Assembly (NCBI RefSeq): GCF_009914755.1
Contig: NC_060942.1
DNA length: 64,000 nucleotides
Source: the human T2T-CHM13v2.0 reference genome, Homo sapiens
Strand: one strand, 5' to 3'
Part shown: positions 52,801 through 64,000 of the stretch, piece after piece
Position numbering within the stretch: the stretch's first letter is position 1
Layout of the letters: the number at the start of each line of letters is the position of its first letter
Translations under genes and position numbers: made by a program
Notes under the pieces: generated by a model
Database searches by the model: none
What the model saw: the letters and a program-made list of their open reading frames with translations, nothing else
Told to the model about the DNA's origin: nothing

Positions 52801-55800
52801 GTAGAACATTCCCTTTGGTAGAGCAGGTTTGAAACACTCTTTTTGTAGTATCTGGAAGTGGACATTTGGAGCGCTTTCAGGCCTACGTTGGAAAAGGAAA
52901 TATCTTCCCATAACAACTAGACAGAAGCATTCTCAGAAACTAGTTTCTGATGTGTGTCCTCAACTAACACAGTTGAACATTTCTTTAGACAGAACAGTTT
53001 TGAAACACTCTTTTTGTGGAATCTGCAAGTGGCTATTTGGCTAGATTTGAGGATTTCGTTGGAAACGGGATTACATATAAAAAGCAGTCAGCAGCATTCT
53101 CAGAAAGTTCTTTGTGATGATTGCATTCAAGTCACAGAATTGAACATTCCCTTTCACAGAGCAGGTTTGAAACACTCTTTTTGTAGTGTGTGTAAGTGGA
53201 CATTTGGAGCACTTACCGGCCTAAGGTGAAAAAGGAAATATCTTCCCATAAAAACTAGACAGAAGCATTCTCAGAAACTTACTCGTGATGTGTGTCCTCA
53301 ACTAAAGGAGTAGAACCTTTCTTTTCATAGAGAAGTTTTGAAACGCTCTTTTTGTGGAATCTGCAAGTGGATATTTGGCTAGTTTTGAGGATTTCGTTGG
53401 AAGCGGGAATTCATACAAATTGCAGACTGCAGCGTTCTGAGAAACATCTTTGTGATGTTTGTATTCAGGACACAGAGTTGAACATTCCCTATCATAGAGC
53501 AGGTTTGAATCACTCCTTTTGTAGTATCTGGAAGTGGACATTTGGAGCGCTTTCAGGCCTATGTTGGAAAAGGAAATATCTTCCCATAACAACTAGACAG
53601 AAGCATTCTCAGAAACTTATTTGAGATGTGTGTACTCAACTAAGAGAATTGAACCACCGTTTTGAAGGAGCAGTTTTGAAACTCTCTTTTTCTGGAATCT
53701 GCAAGTGGATATTTGGCTAGCTTTGGGGATTTCGCTGGAAGCGGGAATACATATAAAAAGCACACAGCAGCGTTCTGAGAAACTGCTTTCTGATGTTTGC
53801 ATTCAAGTCAAAAGTTGAACACTCCCTTTCATAGAGCAGTCTTGAAACACCCCTTTTGTAGTATCTGGAACTGGACTTTTGGAGCGATTTCAGGGCTAAG
53901 GTGAAAAAGGAAATATCTTCCCATAAAAACTGGACAGAAGCATTCTCAGAAACTTGTTTATGCTGTATCTACTCAACTAACAAAGTTGAACCTTTCTTTT
54001 GATAGAGCAGTTTTGAAATGGTCTTTTTGTGGAATCTGCAAGTGGATATTTGGCTAGTTTTGAGGATTTCGTTGGAAGCGGGAATTCATACAAATTGCAG
54101 ACTGCAGCGTTCTGAGAAACATCTTTGTGATGTTTGTATTCAGGACACAGAGTTGAACATTCCCTATCATAGAGCAGGTTGGAATCACTCCTTTTGTAGT
54201 ATCTGGAAGTGGACATTTGGAGCGCTTTCAGGCCTATTTTGGAAAGGGAAATATCTTCCCGTAACAACTATGCAGAAGCATTCTCAGAAACTTGTTTGTG
54301 ATGTGTGCCCTCTACTGACAGAGTTGAACCTTTCTTTTCATAGAGCAGTTTTGAAACACTCTTTTTGTAGAATCTGCAAGAGGATATTTGCATAGCTTTG
54401 AGGATTTCGTGGGAAACGGGATTGTCTTCAGGTAAAATCTAGACAGAAGCATTCTCAGAAACTTCTTTGGGATGTTTGCATTCAAGTCACAGAGTAGAAC
54501 ATTCCCTTTGGTAGAGCAGGTTTGAAACACTCTTTTTGTAGTATCTGGAAGTGGACATTTGGAGCGCTTTCAGGCCCATGTTGGAAAGGGAAATATCTTC
54601 CCGTAACAACTAGGCAGAAGCATTCTCAGAAACTTATTTGAGATGTGTGTACTCAACTAAGAGAATTGAACCACCGTTTTGAAGGAGCAGTTTTGAAACA
54701 CTCTTTTTCTGGAATCTGCAAGAGTATATTTGCCTAGCCTTGAGGATTTCGTTGGAAACGGGATTGTCTTCAGAGAAAATCTAGACAGAAGCATTCTCAG
54801 AAACTTCTTTGGGATGCTTGCATTCCAGTCACAGAGTAGAACATTCCCTTTGGTAGAGCAGGTTTGAAACACTCTTTTTGTAGTATCTGGAAGTGGACAT
54901 TTGGAGCGCTTTCAGGCCTACGTTGGAAAAGGAAATATCTTCCCATAACAACTAGACAGAAGCATTCTCAGAAACTAGTTTCTGATGTGTGTCCTCAACT
55001 AACACAGTTGAACATTTCTTTAGACAGAACAGTTTTGAAACACTCTTTTTGTGGAATCTGCAAGTGGCTATTTGGCTAGATTTGAGGATTTCGTTGGAAA
55101 CGGGATTACATATAAAAAGCAGTCAGCAGCATTCTCAGAAAGTTCTTTGTGATGATTGCATTCAAGTCACAGAATTGAACATTCCCTTTCACAGAGCAGG
55201 TTTGAAACACTCTTTTTGTAGTGTGTGTAAGTGGACATTTGGAGCACTTACCGGCCTAAGGTGAAAAAGGAAATATCTTCCCATAAAAACTAGACAGAAG
55301 CATTCTCAGAAACTTACTCGTGATGTGTGTCCTCAACTAAAGGAGTAGAACCTTTCTTTTCATAGAGAAGTTTTGAAACGCTCTTTTTCTGGAATCTGCA
55401 AGTGGATATTTGGCTAGTTTTGAGGATTTCGTTGGAAGCGGGAATTCATACAAATTGCAGACTGCAGCGTTCTGAGAAACATCTTTGTGATGTTTGTATT
55501 CAGGACACAGAGTTGAACATTCCCTATCATAGAGCAGGTTTGAATCACTCCTTTTGTAGTATCTGGAAGTGGACATTTGGAGCGCTTTCAGGCCTATGTT
55601 GGAAAAGGAAATATCTTCCCATAACAACTAGACAGAAGCATTCTCAGAAACTTATTTGAGATGTGTGTACTCAACTAAGAGAATTGAACCACCGTTTTGA
55701 AGGAGCAGTTTTGAAACTCTCTTTTTCTGGAATCTGCAAGTGGATATTTGGCTAGCTTTGGGGATTTCGCTGGAAGCGGGAATACATATAAAAAGCACAC

Positions 55801-58800
55801 AGCAGCGTTCTGAGAAACTGCTTTCTGATGTTTGCATTCAAGTCAAAAGTTGAACACTCCCTTTCATAGAGCAGTCTTGAAACACCCCTTTTGTAGTATC
55901 TGGAACTGGACTTTTGGAGCGATTTCAGGGCTAAGGTGAAAAAGGAAATATCTTCCCATAAAAACTGGACAGAAGCATTCTCAGAAACTTGTTTATGCTG
56001 TATCTACTCAACTAACAAAGTTGAACCTTTCTTTTGATAGAGCAGTTTTGAAATGGTCTTTTTGTGGAATCTGCAAGTGGATATTTGGCTAGTTTTGAGG
56101 ATTTCGTTGGAAGCGGGAATTCATACAAATTGCAGACTGCAGCGTTCTGAGAAACATCTTTGTGATGTTTGTATTCAGGACACAGAGTTGAACATTCCCT
56201 ATCATAGAGCAGGTTGGAATCACTCCTTTTGTAGTATCTGGAAGTGGACATTTGGAGCGCTTTCAGGCCTATTTTGGAAAGGGAAATATCTTCCCGTAAC
56301 AACTATGCAGAAGCATTCTCAGAAACTTGTTTGTGATGTGTGCCCTCTACTGACAGAGTTGAACCTTTCTTTTCATAGAGCAGTTTTGAAACACTCTTTT
56401 TGTAGAATCTGCAAGAGGATATTTGCATAGCTTTGAGGATTTCGTGGGAAACGGGATTGTCTTCAGGTAAAATCTAGACAGAAGCATTCTCAGAAACTTC
56501 TTTGGGATGTTTGCATTCAAGTCACAGAGTAGAACATTCCCTTTGGTAGAGCAGGTTTGAAACACTCTTTTTGTAGTATCTGGAAGTGGACATTTGGAGC
56601 GCTTTCAGGCCCATGTTGGAAAGGGAAATATCTTCCCGTAACAACTAGGCAGAAGCATTCTCAGAAACTTATTTGAGATGTGTGTACTCAACTAAGAGAA
56701 TTGAACCACCGTTTTGAAGGAGCAGTTTTGAAACACTCTTTTTCTGGAATCTGCAAGAGTATATTTGCCTAGCCTTGAGGATTTCGTTGGAAACGGGATT
56801 GTCTTCAGAGAAAATCTAGACAGAAGCATTCTCAGAAACTTCTTTGGGATGCTTGCATTCCAGTCACAGAGTAGAACATTCCCTTTGGTAGAGCAGGTTT
56901 GAAACACTCTTTTTGTAGTATCTGGAAGTGGACATTTGGAGCGCTTTCAGGCCTACGTTGGAAAAGGAAATATCTTCCCATAACAACTAGACAGAAGCAT
57001 TCTCAGAAACTAGTTTCTGATGTGTGTCCTCAACTAACACAGTTGAACATTTCTTTAGACAGAACAGTTTTGAAACACTCTTTTTGTGGAATCTGCAAGT
57101 GGCTATTTGGCTAGATTTGAGGATTTCGTTGGAAACGGGATTACATATAAAAAGCAGTCAGCAGCATTCTCAGAAAGTTCTTTGTGATGATTGCATTCAA
57201 GTCACAGAATTGAACATTCCCTTTCACAGAGCAGGTTTGAAACACTCTTTTTGTAGTGTGTGTAAGTGGACATTTGGAGCACTTACCGGCCTAAGGTGAA
57301 AAAGGAAATATCTTCCCATAAAAACTAGACAGAAGCATTCTCAGAAACTTACTCGTGATGTGTGTCCTCAACTAAAGGAGTAGAACCTTTCTTTTCATAG
57401 AGAAGTTTTGAAACGCTCTTTTTGTGGAATCTGCAAGTGGATATTTGGCTAGTTTTGAGGATTTCGTTGGAAGCGGGAATTCATACAAATTGCAGACTGC
57501 AGCGTTCTGAGAAACATCTTTGTGATGTTTGTATTCAGGACACAGAGTTGAACATTCCCTATCATAGAGCAGGTTTGAATCACTCCTTTTGTAGTATCTG
57601 GAAGTGGACATTTGGAGCGCTTTCAGGCCTATGTTGGAAAAGGAAATATCTTCCCATAACAACTAGACAGAAGCATTCTCAGAAACTTATTTGAGATGTG
57701 TGTACTCAACTAAGAGAATTGAACCACCGTTTTGAAGGAGCAGTTTTGAAACTCTCTTTTTCTGGAATCTGCAAGTGGATATTTGGCTAGCTTTGGGGAT
57801 TTCGCTGGAAGCGGGAATACATATAAAAAGCACACAGCAGCGTTCTGAGAAACTGCTTTCTGATGTTTGCATTCAAGTCAAAAGTTGAACACTCCCTTTC
57901 ATAGAGCAGTCTTGAAACACCCCTTTTGTAGTATCTGGAACTGGACTTTTGGAGCGATTTCAGGGCTAAGGTGAAAAAGGAAATATCTTCCCATAAAAAC
58001 TGGACAGAAGCATTCTCAGAAACTTGTTTATGCTGTATCTACTCAACTAACAAAGTTGAACCTTTCTTTTGATAGAGCAGTTTTGAAATGGTCTTTTTGT
58101 GGAATCTGCAAGTGGATATTTGGCTAGTTTTGAGGATTTCGTTGGAAGCGGGAATTCATACAAATTGCAGACTGCAGCGTTCTGAGAAACATCTTTGTGA
58201 TGTTTGTATTCAGGACACAGAGTTGAACATTCCCTATCATAGAGCAGGTTGGAATCACTCCTTTTGTAGTATCTGGAAGTGGACATTTGGAGCGCTTTCA
58301 GGCCTATTTTGGAAAGGGAAATATCTTCCCGTAACAACTATGCAGAAGCATTCTCAGAAACTTGTTTGTGATGTGTGCCCTCTACTGACAGAGTTGAACC
58401 TTTCTTTTCATAGAGCAGTTTTGAAACACTCTTTTTGTAGAATCTGCAAGAGGATATTTGCATAGCTTTGAGGATTTCGTGGGAAACGGGATTGTCTTCA
58501 GGTAAAATCTAGACAGAAGCATTCTCAGAAACTTCTTTGGGATGTTTGCATTCAAGTCACAGAGTAGAACATTCCCTTTGGTAGAGCAGGTTTGAAACAC
58601 TCTTTTTGTAGTATCTGGAAGTGGACATTTGGAGCGCTTTCAGGCCCATGTTGGAAAGGGAAATATCTTCCCGTAACAACTAGGCAGAAGCATTCTCAGA
58701 AACTTATTTGAGATGTGTGTACTCAACTAAGAGAATTGAACCACCGTTTTGAAGGAGCAGTTTTGAAACACTCTTTTTCTGGAATCTGCAAGAGTATATT

Positions 58801-61800
58801 TGCCTAGCCTTGAGGATTTCGTTGGAAACGGGATTGTCTTCAGAGAAAATCTAGACAGAAGCATTCTCAGAAACTTCTTTGGGATGTTTGCATTCAAGTC
58901 ACAGAGTAGAACATTCCCTTTGGTAGAGCAGGTTTGAAACACTCTTTTTGTAGTATCTGGAAGTGGACATTTGGAGCGCTTTCAGGCCTACGTTGGAAAA
59001 GGAAATATCTTCCCATAACAACTAGACAGAAGCATTCTCAGAAACTAGTTTCTGATGTGTGTCCTCAACTAACACAGTTGAACATTTCTTTAGACAGAAC
59101 AGTTTTGAAACACTCTTTTTGTGGAATCTGCAAGTGGCTATTTGGCTAGATTTGAGGATTTCGTTGGAAACGGGATTACATATAAAAAGCAGTCAGCAGC
59201 ATTCTCAGAAAGTTCTTTGTGATGATTGCATTCAAGTCACAGAATTGAACATTCCCTTTCACAGAGCAGGTTTGAAACACTCTTTTTGTAGTGTGTGTAA
59301 GTGGACATTTGGAGCACTTACCGGCCTAAGGTGAAAAAGGAAATATCTTCCCATAAAAACTAGACAGAAGCATTCTCAGAAACTTACTCGTGATGTGTGT
59401 CCTCAACTAAAGGAGTAGAACCTTTCTTTTCATAGAGAAGTTTTGAAACGCTCTTTTTGTGGAATCTGCAAGTGGATATTTGGCTAGTTTTGAGGATTTC
59501 GTTGGAAGCGGGAATTCATACAAATTGCAGACTGCAGCGTTCTGAGAAACATCTTTGTGATGTTTGTATTCAGGACACAGAGTTGAACATTCCCTATCAT
59601 AGAGCAGGTTTGAATCACTCCTTTTGTAGTATCTGGAAGTGGACATTTGGAGCGCTTTCAGGCCTATGTTGGAAAAGGAAATATCTTCCCATAACAACTA
59701 GACAGAAGCATTCTCAGAAACTTATTTGAGATGTGTGTACTCAACTAAGAGAATTGAACCACCGTTTTGAAGGAGCAGTTTTGAAACTCTCTTTTTCTGG
59801 AATCTGCAAGTGGATATTTGGCTAGCTTTGGGGATTTCGCTGGAAGCGGGAATACATATAAAAAGCACACAGCAGCGTTCTGAGAAACTGCTTTCTGATG
59901 TTTGCATTCAAGTCAAAAGTTGAACACTCCCTTTCATAGAGCAGTCCTGAAACACCCCTTTTGTAGTATCTGGAACTGGACTTTTGGAGCGATTTCAGGG
60001 CTAAGGTGAAAAAGGAAATATCTTCCCATAAAAACTGGACAGAAGCATTCTCAGAAACTTGTTTATGCTGTATCTACTCAACTAACAAAGTTGAACCTTT
60101 CTTTTGATAGAGCAGTTTTGAAATGGTCTTTTTGTGGAATCTGCAAGTGGATATTTGGCTAGTTTTGAGGATTTCGTTGGAAGCGGGAATTCATACAAAT
60201 TGCAGACTGCAGCGTTCTGAGAAACATCTTTGTGATGTTTGTATTCAGGACACAGAGTTGAACATTCCCTATCATAGAGCAGGTTGGAATCACTCCTTTT
60301 GTAGTATCTGGAAGTGGACATTTGGAGCGCTTTCAGGCCTATTTTGGAAAGGGAAATATCTTCCCGTAACAACTATGCAGAAGCATTCTCAGAAACTTGT
60401 TTGTGATGTGTGCCCTCTACTGACAGAGTTGAACCTTTCTTTTCATAGAGCAGTTTTGAAACACTCTTTTTGTAGAATCTGCAAGAGGATATTTGCATAG
60501 CTTTGAGGATTTCGTGGGAAACGGGATTGTCTTCAGGTAAAATCTAGACAGAAGCATTCTCAGAAACTTCTTTGGGATGTTTGCATTCAAGTCACAGAGT
60601 AGAACATTCCCTTTGGTAGAGCAGGTTTGAAACACTCTTTTTGTAGTATCTGGAAGTGGACATTTGGAGCGCTTTCAGGCCCATGTTGGAAAGGGAAATA
60701 TCTTCCCGTAACAACTAGGCAGAAGCATTCTCAGAAACTTATTTGAGATGTGTGTACTCAACTAAGAGAATTGAACCACCGTTTTGAAGGAGCAGTTTTG
60801 AAACACTCTTTTTCTGGAATCTGCAAGAGTATATTTGCCTAGCCTTGAGGATTTCGTTGGAAACGGGATTGTCTTCAGAGAAAATCTAGACAGAAGCATT
60901 CTCAGAAACTTCTTTGGGATGTTTGCATTCAAGTCACAGAGTAGAACATTCCCTTTGGTAGAGCAGGTTTGAAACACTCTTTTTGTAGTATCTGGAAGTG
61001 GACATTTGGAGCGCTTTCAGGCCTACGTTGGAAAAGGAAATATCTTCCCATAACAACTAGACAGAAGCATTCTCAGAAACTAGTTTCTGATGTGTGTCCT
61101 CAACTAACACAGTTGAACATTTCTTTAGACAGAACAGTTTTGAAACACTCTTTTTGTGGAATCTGCAAGTGGCTATTTGGCTAGATTTGAGGATTTCGTT
61201 GGAAACGGGATTACATATAAAAAGCAGTCAGCAGCATTCTCAGAAAGTTCTTTGTGATGATTGCATTCAAGTCACAGAATTGAACATTCCCTTTCACAGA
61301 GCAGGTTTGAAACACTCTTTTTGTAGTGTGTGTAAGTGGACATTTGGAGCACTTACCGGCCTAAGGTGAAAAAGGAAATATCTTCCCATAAAAACTAGAC
61401 AGAAGCATTCTCAGAAACTTACTCGTGATGTGTGTCCTCAACTAAAGGAGTAGAACCTTTCTTTTCATAGAGAAGTTTTGAAACGCTCTTTTTGTGGAAT
61501 CTGCAAGTGGATATTTGGCTAGTTTTGAGGATTTCGTTGGAAGCGGGAATTCATACAAATTGCAGACTGCAGCGTTCTGAGAAACATCTTTGTGATGTTT
61601 GTATTCAGGACACAGAGTTGAACATTCCCTATCATAGAGCAGGTTTGAATCACTCCTTTTGTAGTATCTGGAAGTGGACATTTGGAGCGCTTTCAGGCCT
61701 ATGTTGGAAAAGGAAATATCTTCCCATAACAACTAGACAGAAGCATTCTCAGAAACTTATTTGAGATGTGTGTACTCAACTAAGAGAATTGAACCACCGT

Positions 61801-63102
61801 TTTGAAGGAGCAGTTTTGAAACTCTCTTTTTCTGGAATCTGCAAGTGGATATTTGGCTAGCTTTGGGGATTTCGCTGGAAGCGGGAATACATATAAAAAG
61901 CACACAGCAGCGTTCTGAGAAACTGCTTTCTGATGTTTGCATTCAAGTCAAAAGTTGAACACTCCCTTTCATAGAGCAGTCTTGAAACACCCCTTTTGTA
62001 GTATCTGGAACTGGACTTTTGGAGCGATTTCAGGGCTAAGGTGAAAAAGGAAATATCTTCCCATAAAAACTGGACAGAAGCATTCTCAGAAACTTGTTTA
62101 TGCTGTATCTACTCAACTAACAAAGTTGAACCTTTCTTTTGATAGAGCAGTTTTGAAATGGTCTTTTTGTGGAATCTGCAAGTGGATATTTGGCTAGTTT
62201 TGAGGATTTCGTTGGAAGCGGGAATTCATACAAATTGCAGACTGCAGCGTTCTGAGAAACATCTTTGTGATGTTTGTATTCAGGACACAGAGTTGAACAT
62301 TCCCTATCATAGAGCAGGTTGGAATCACTCCTTTTGTAGTATCTGGAAGTGGACATTTGGAGCGCTTTCAGGCCTATTTTGGAAAGGGAAATATCTTCCC
62401 GTAACAACTATGCAGAAGCATTCTCAGAAACTTGTTTGTGATGTGTGCCCTCTACTGACAGAGTTGAACCTTTCTTTTCATAGAGCAGTTTTGAAACACT
62501 CTTTTTGTAGAATCTGCAAGAGGATATTTGCATAGCTTTGAGGATTTCGTGGGAAACGGGATTGTCTTCAGGTAAAATCTAGACAGAAGCATTCTCAGAA
62601 ACTTCTTTGGGATGTTTCCATTCAAGTCACAGAGTAGAACATTCCCTTTGGTAGAGCAGGTTTGAAACACTCTTTTTGTAGTATCTGGAAGTGGACATTT
62701 GGAGCGCTTTCAGGCCCATGTTGGAAAGGGAAATATCTTCCCGTAACAACTAGGCAGAAGCATTCTCAGAAACTTATTTGAGATGTGTGTACTCAACTAA
62801 GAGAATTGAACCACCGTTTTGAAGGAGCAGTTTTGAAACACTCTTTTTCTGGAATCTGCAAGAGTATATTTGCCTAGCCTTGAGGATTTCGTTGGAAACG
62901 GGATTGTCTTCAGAGAAAATCTAGACAGAAGCATTCTCAGAAACTTCTTTGGGATGTTTGCATTCAAGTCACAGAGTAGAACATTCCCTTTGGTAGAGCA
63001 GGTTTGAAACACTCTTTTTGTAGTATCTGGAAGTGGACATTTGGAGCGCTTTCAGGCCTACGTTGGAAAAGGAAATATCTTCCCATAACAACTAGACAGA
63101 AG

Positions 63103-64000
63103 CATTCTCAGAAACTAGTTTCTGATGTGTGTCCTCAACTAACACAGTTGAACATTTCTTTAGACAGAACAGTTTTGAAACACTCTTTTTGTGGAATCTG
63201 CAAGTGGCTATTTGGCTAGATTTGAGGATTTCGTTGGAAACGGGATTACATATAAAAAGCAGTCAGCAGCATTCTCAGAAAGTTCTTTGTGATGATTGCA
63301 TTCAAGTCACAGAATTGAACATTCCCTTTCACAGAGCAGGTTTGAAACACTCTTTTTGTAGTGTGTGTAAGTGGACATTTGGAGCACTTACCGGCCTAAG
63401 GTGAAAAAGGAAATATCTTCCCATAAAAACTAGACAGAAGCATTCTCAGAAACTTACTCGTGATGTGTGTCCTCAACTAAAGGAGTAGAACCTTTCTTTT
63501 CATAGAGAAGTTTTGAAACGCTCTTTTTGTGGAATCTGCAAGTGGATATTTGGCTAGTTTTGAGGATTTCGTTGGAAGCGGGAATTCATACAAATTGCAG
63601 ACTGCAGCGTTCTGAGAAACATCTTTGTGATGTTTGTATTCAGGACACAGAGTTGAACATTCCCTATCATAGAGCAGGTTTGAATCACTCCTTTTGTAGT
63701 ATCTGGAAGTGGACATTTGGAGCGCTTTCAGGCCTATGTTGGAAAAGGAAATATCTTCCCATAACAACTAGACAGAAGCATTCTCAGAAACTTATTTGAG
63801 ATGTGTGTACTCAACTAAGAGAATTGAACCACCGTTTTGAAGGAGCAGTTTTGAAACTCTCTTTTTCTGGAATCTGCAAGTGGATATTTGGCTAGCTTTG
63901 GGGATTTCGCTGGAAGCGGGAATACATATAAAAAGCACACAGCAGCGTTCTGAGAAACTGCTTTCTGATGTTTGCATTCAAGTCAAAAGTTGAACACTCC
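63103..64000 (+). repeat. Partial HOR unit U32 (m1-m5 and start of m6), truncated by the window end
   Basis: Same sequence as 18-915; the array continues to the last base. Confidence 0.95.

Larger units (their letters stand above)
1..64000 (+). repeat. Centromeric alpha-satellite higher-order repeat array (12-mer, 2,035-bp period, about 31.4 copies)
   Basis: Monomers of about 171 bp carry the alphoid hallmarks CATTCTCAGAAA, TTTGAAACACTCTTTTTGTAG and the CENP-B box. Every ORF in the track recurs at an exact 2,035-bp offset (44, 2079, 4114 ... 63129). Copies differ only by a few substitutions. Confidence 0.99.
1..64000 (+). repeat. D18Z1: Probable identity: human chromosome 18 active array D18Z1 (SF2, S2C18H1L-type 12-mer)
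   Basis: Dimeric A/B alternation and a 12-mer of 2,035 bp. EcoRI sites (GAATTC) at 497 and 1172 cut each unit into 675-bp (4-mer) and 1,360-bp (8-mer) pieces, matching the classical 0.68/1.36-kb EcoRI fragments of chromosome 18 alphoid DNA. Assignment from recall; no database search was run. Confidence 0.88.

Noticed and set aside
44-63977. About 280 ORFs of 61-125 aa on both strands, for example the 125-aa ORF at 1108-1485
   Set aside because: These are incidental frames in satellite DNA. They overlap on both strands, repeat with the HOR, often use non-ATG starts and show no recognisable domain. Similar 'proteins' in databases are typically alphoid translation artefacts.
1-64000. CRISPR-like pattern of a conserved motif (CAGAAGCATTCTCAGAAAC) separated by variable sequence
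   Set aside because: The intervening sequences are homologous monomer bodies of about 150 bp that repeat every 12 monomers, not unique spacers. There are no cas genes.
1-64000. Possible identity as DXZ1, also a 12-mer of about 2 kb
   Set aside because: DXZ1 is pentamer-based (SF3) and about 2,057 bp. This array is dimeric with a CENP-B box in every second monomer and a 2,035-bp period.
1-64000. Hidden insertion (L1/Alu), inversion or truncated HOR
   Set aside because: ORF coordinates keep an exact 2,035-bp phase and the same strand from start to end, which leaves no room for a net insertion, deletion or inversion.

Overview
The whole 64-kb window is one uninterrupted, same-orientation array of human-type alpha-satellite DNA. 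It is built from a 12-monomer, 2,035-bp higher-order repeat (HOR): 31 complete copies at 18-63102, plus a partial copy at 63103-64000 and 17 bp of a preceding copy. Monomers alternate between CENP-B-box (B-type) and pJ-alpha-box (A-type), the dimeric pattern of suprachromosomal families 1/2. The 12-mer length and the two EcoRI sites per unit (675 + 1,360 bp fragments) fit the chromosome 18 active array D18Z1 (SF2); that assignment comes from recall, not from a search. I see no genes, RNA genes, transposon insertions, inversions, indels or shortened HOR variants. Every ORF in the track is an incidental reading frame repeating every 2,035 bp. I did not find an undescribed biological system. The information in the window is (i) the patchwork internal structure of the HOR, (ii) an 18-bp perfect palindrome once per unit, and (iii) about 23 single-base variant sites, found by eye and via the ORF track, whose distribution records local expansions, multi-HOR duplications and probable gene conversion. 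Units are numbered U1-U32, with Un starting at 18+2035*(n-1); monomers are m1-m12, phased arbitrarily at the CATTCTCAGAAA motif.
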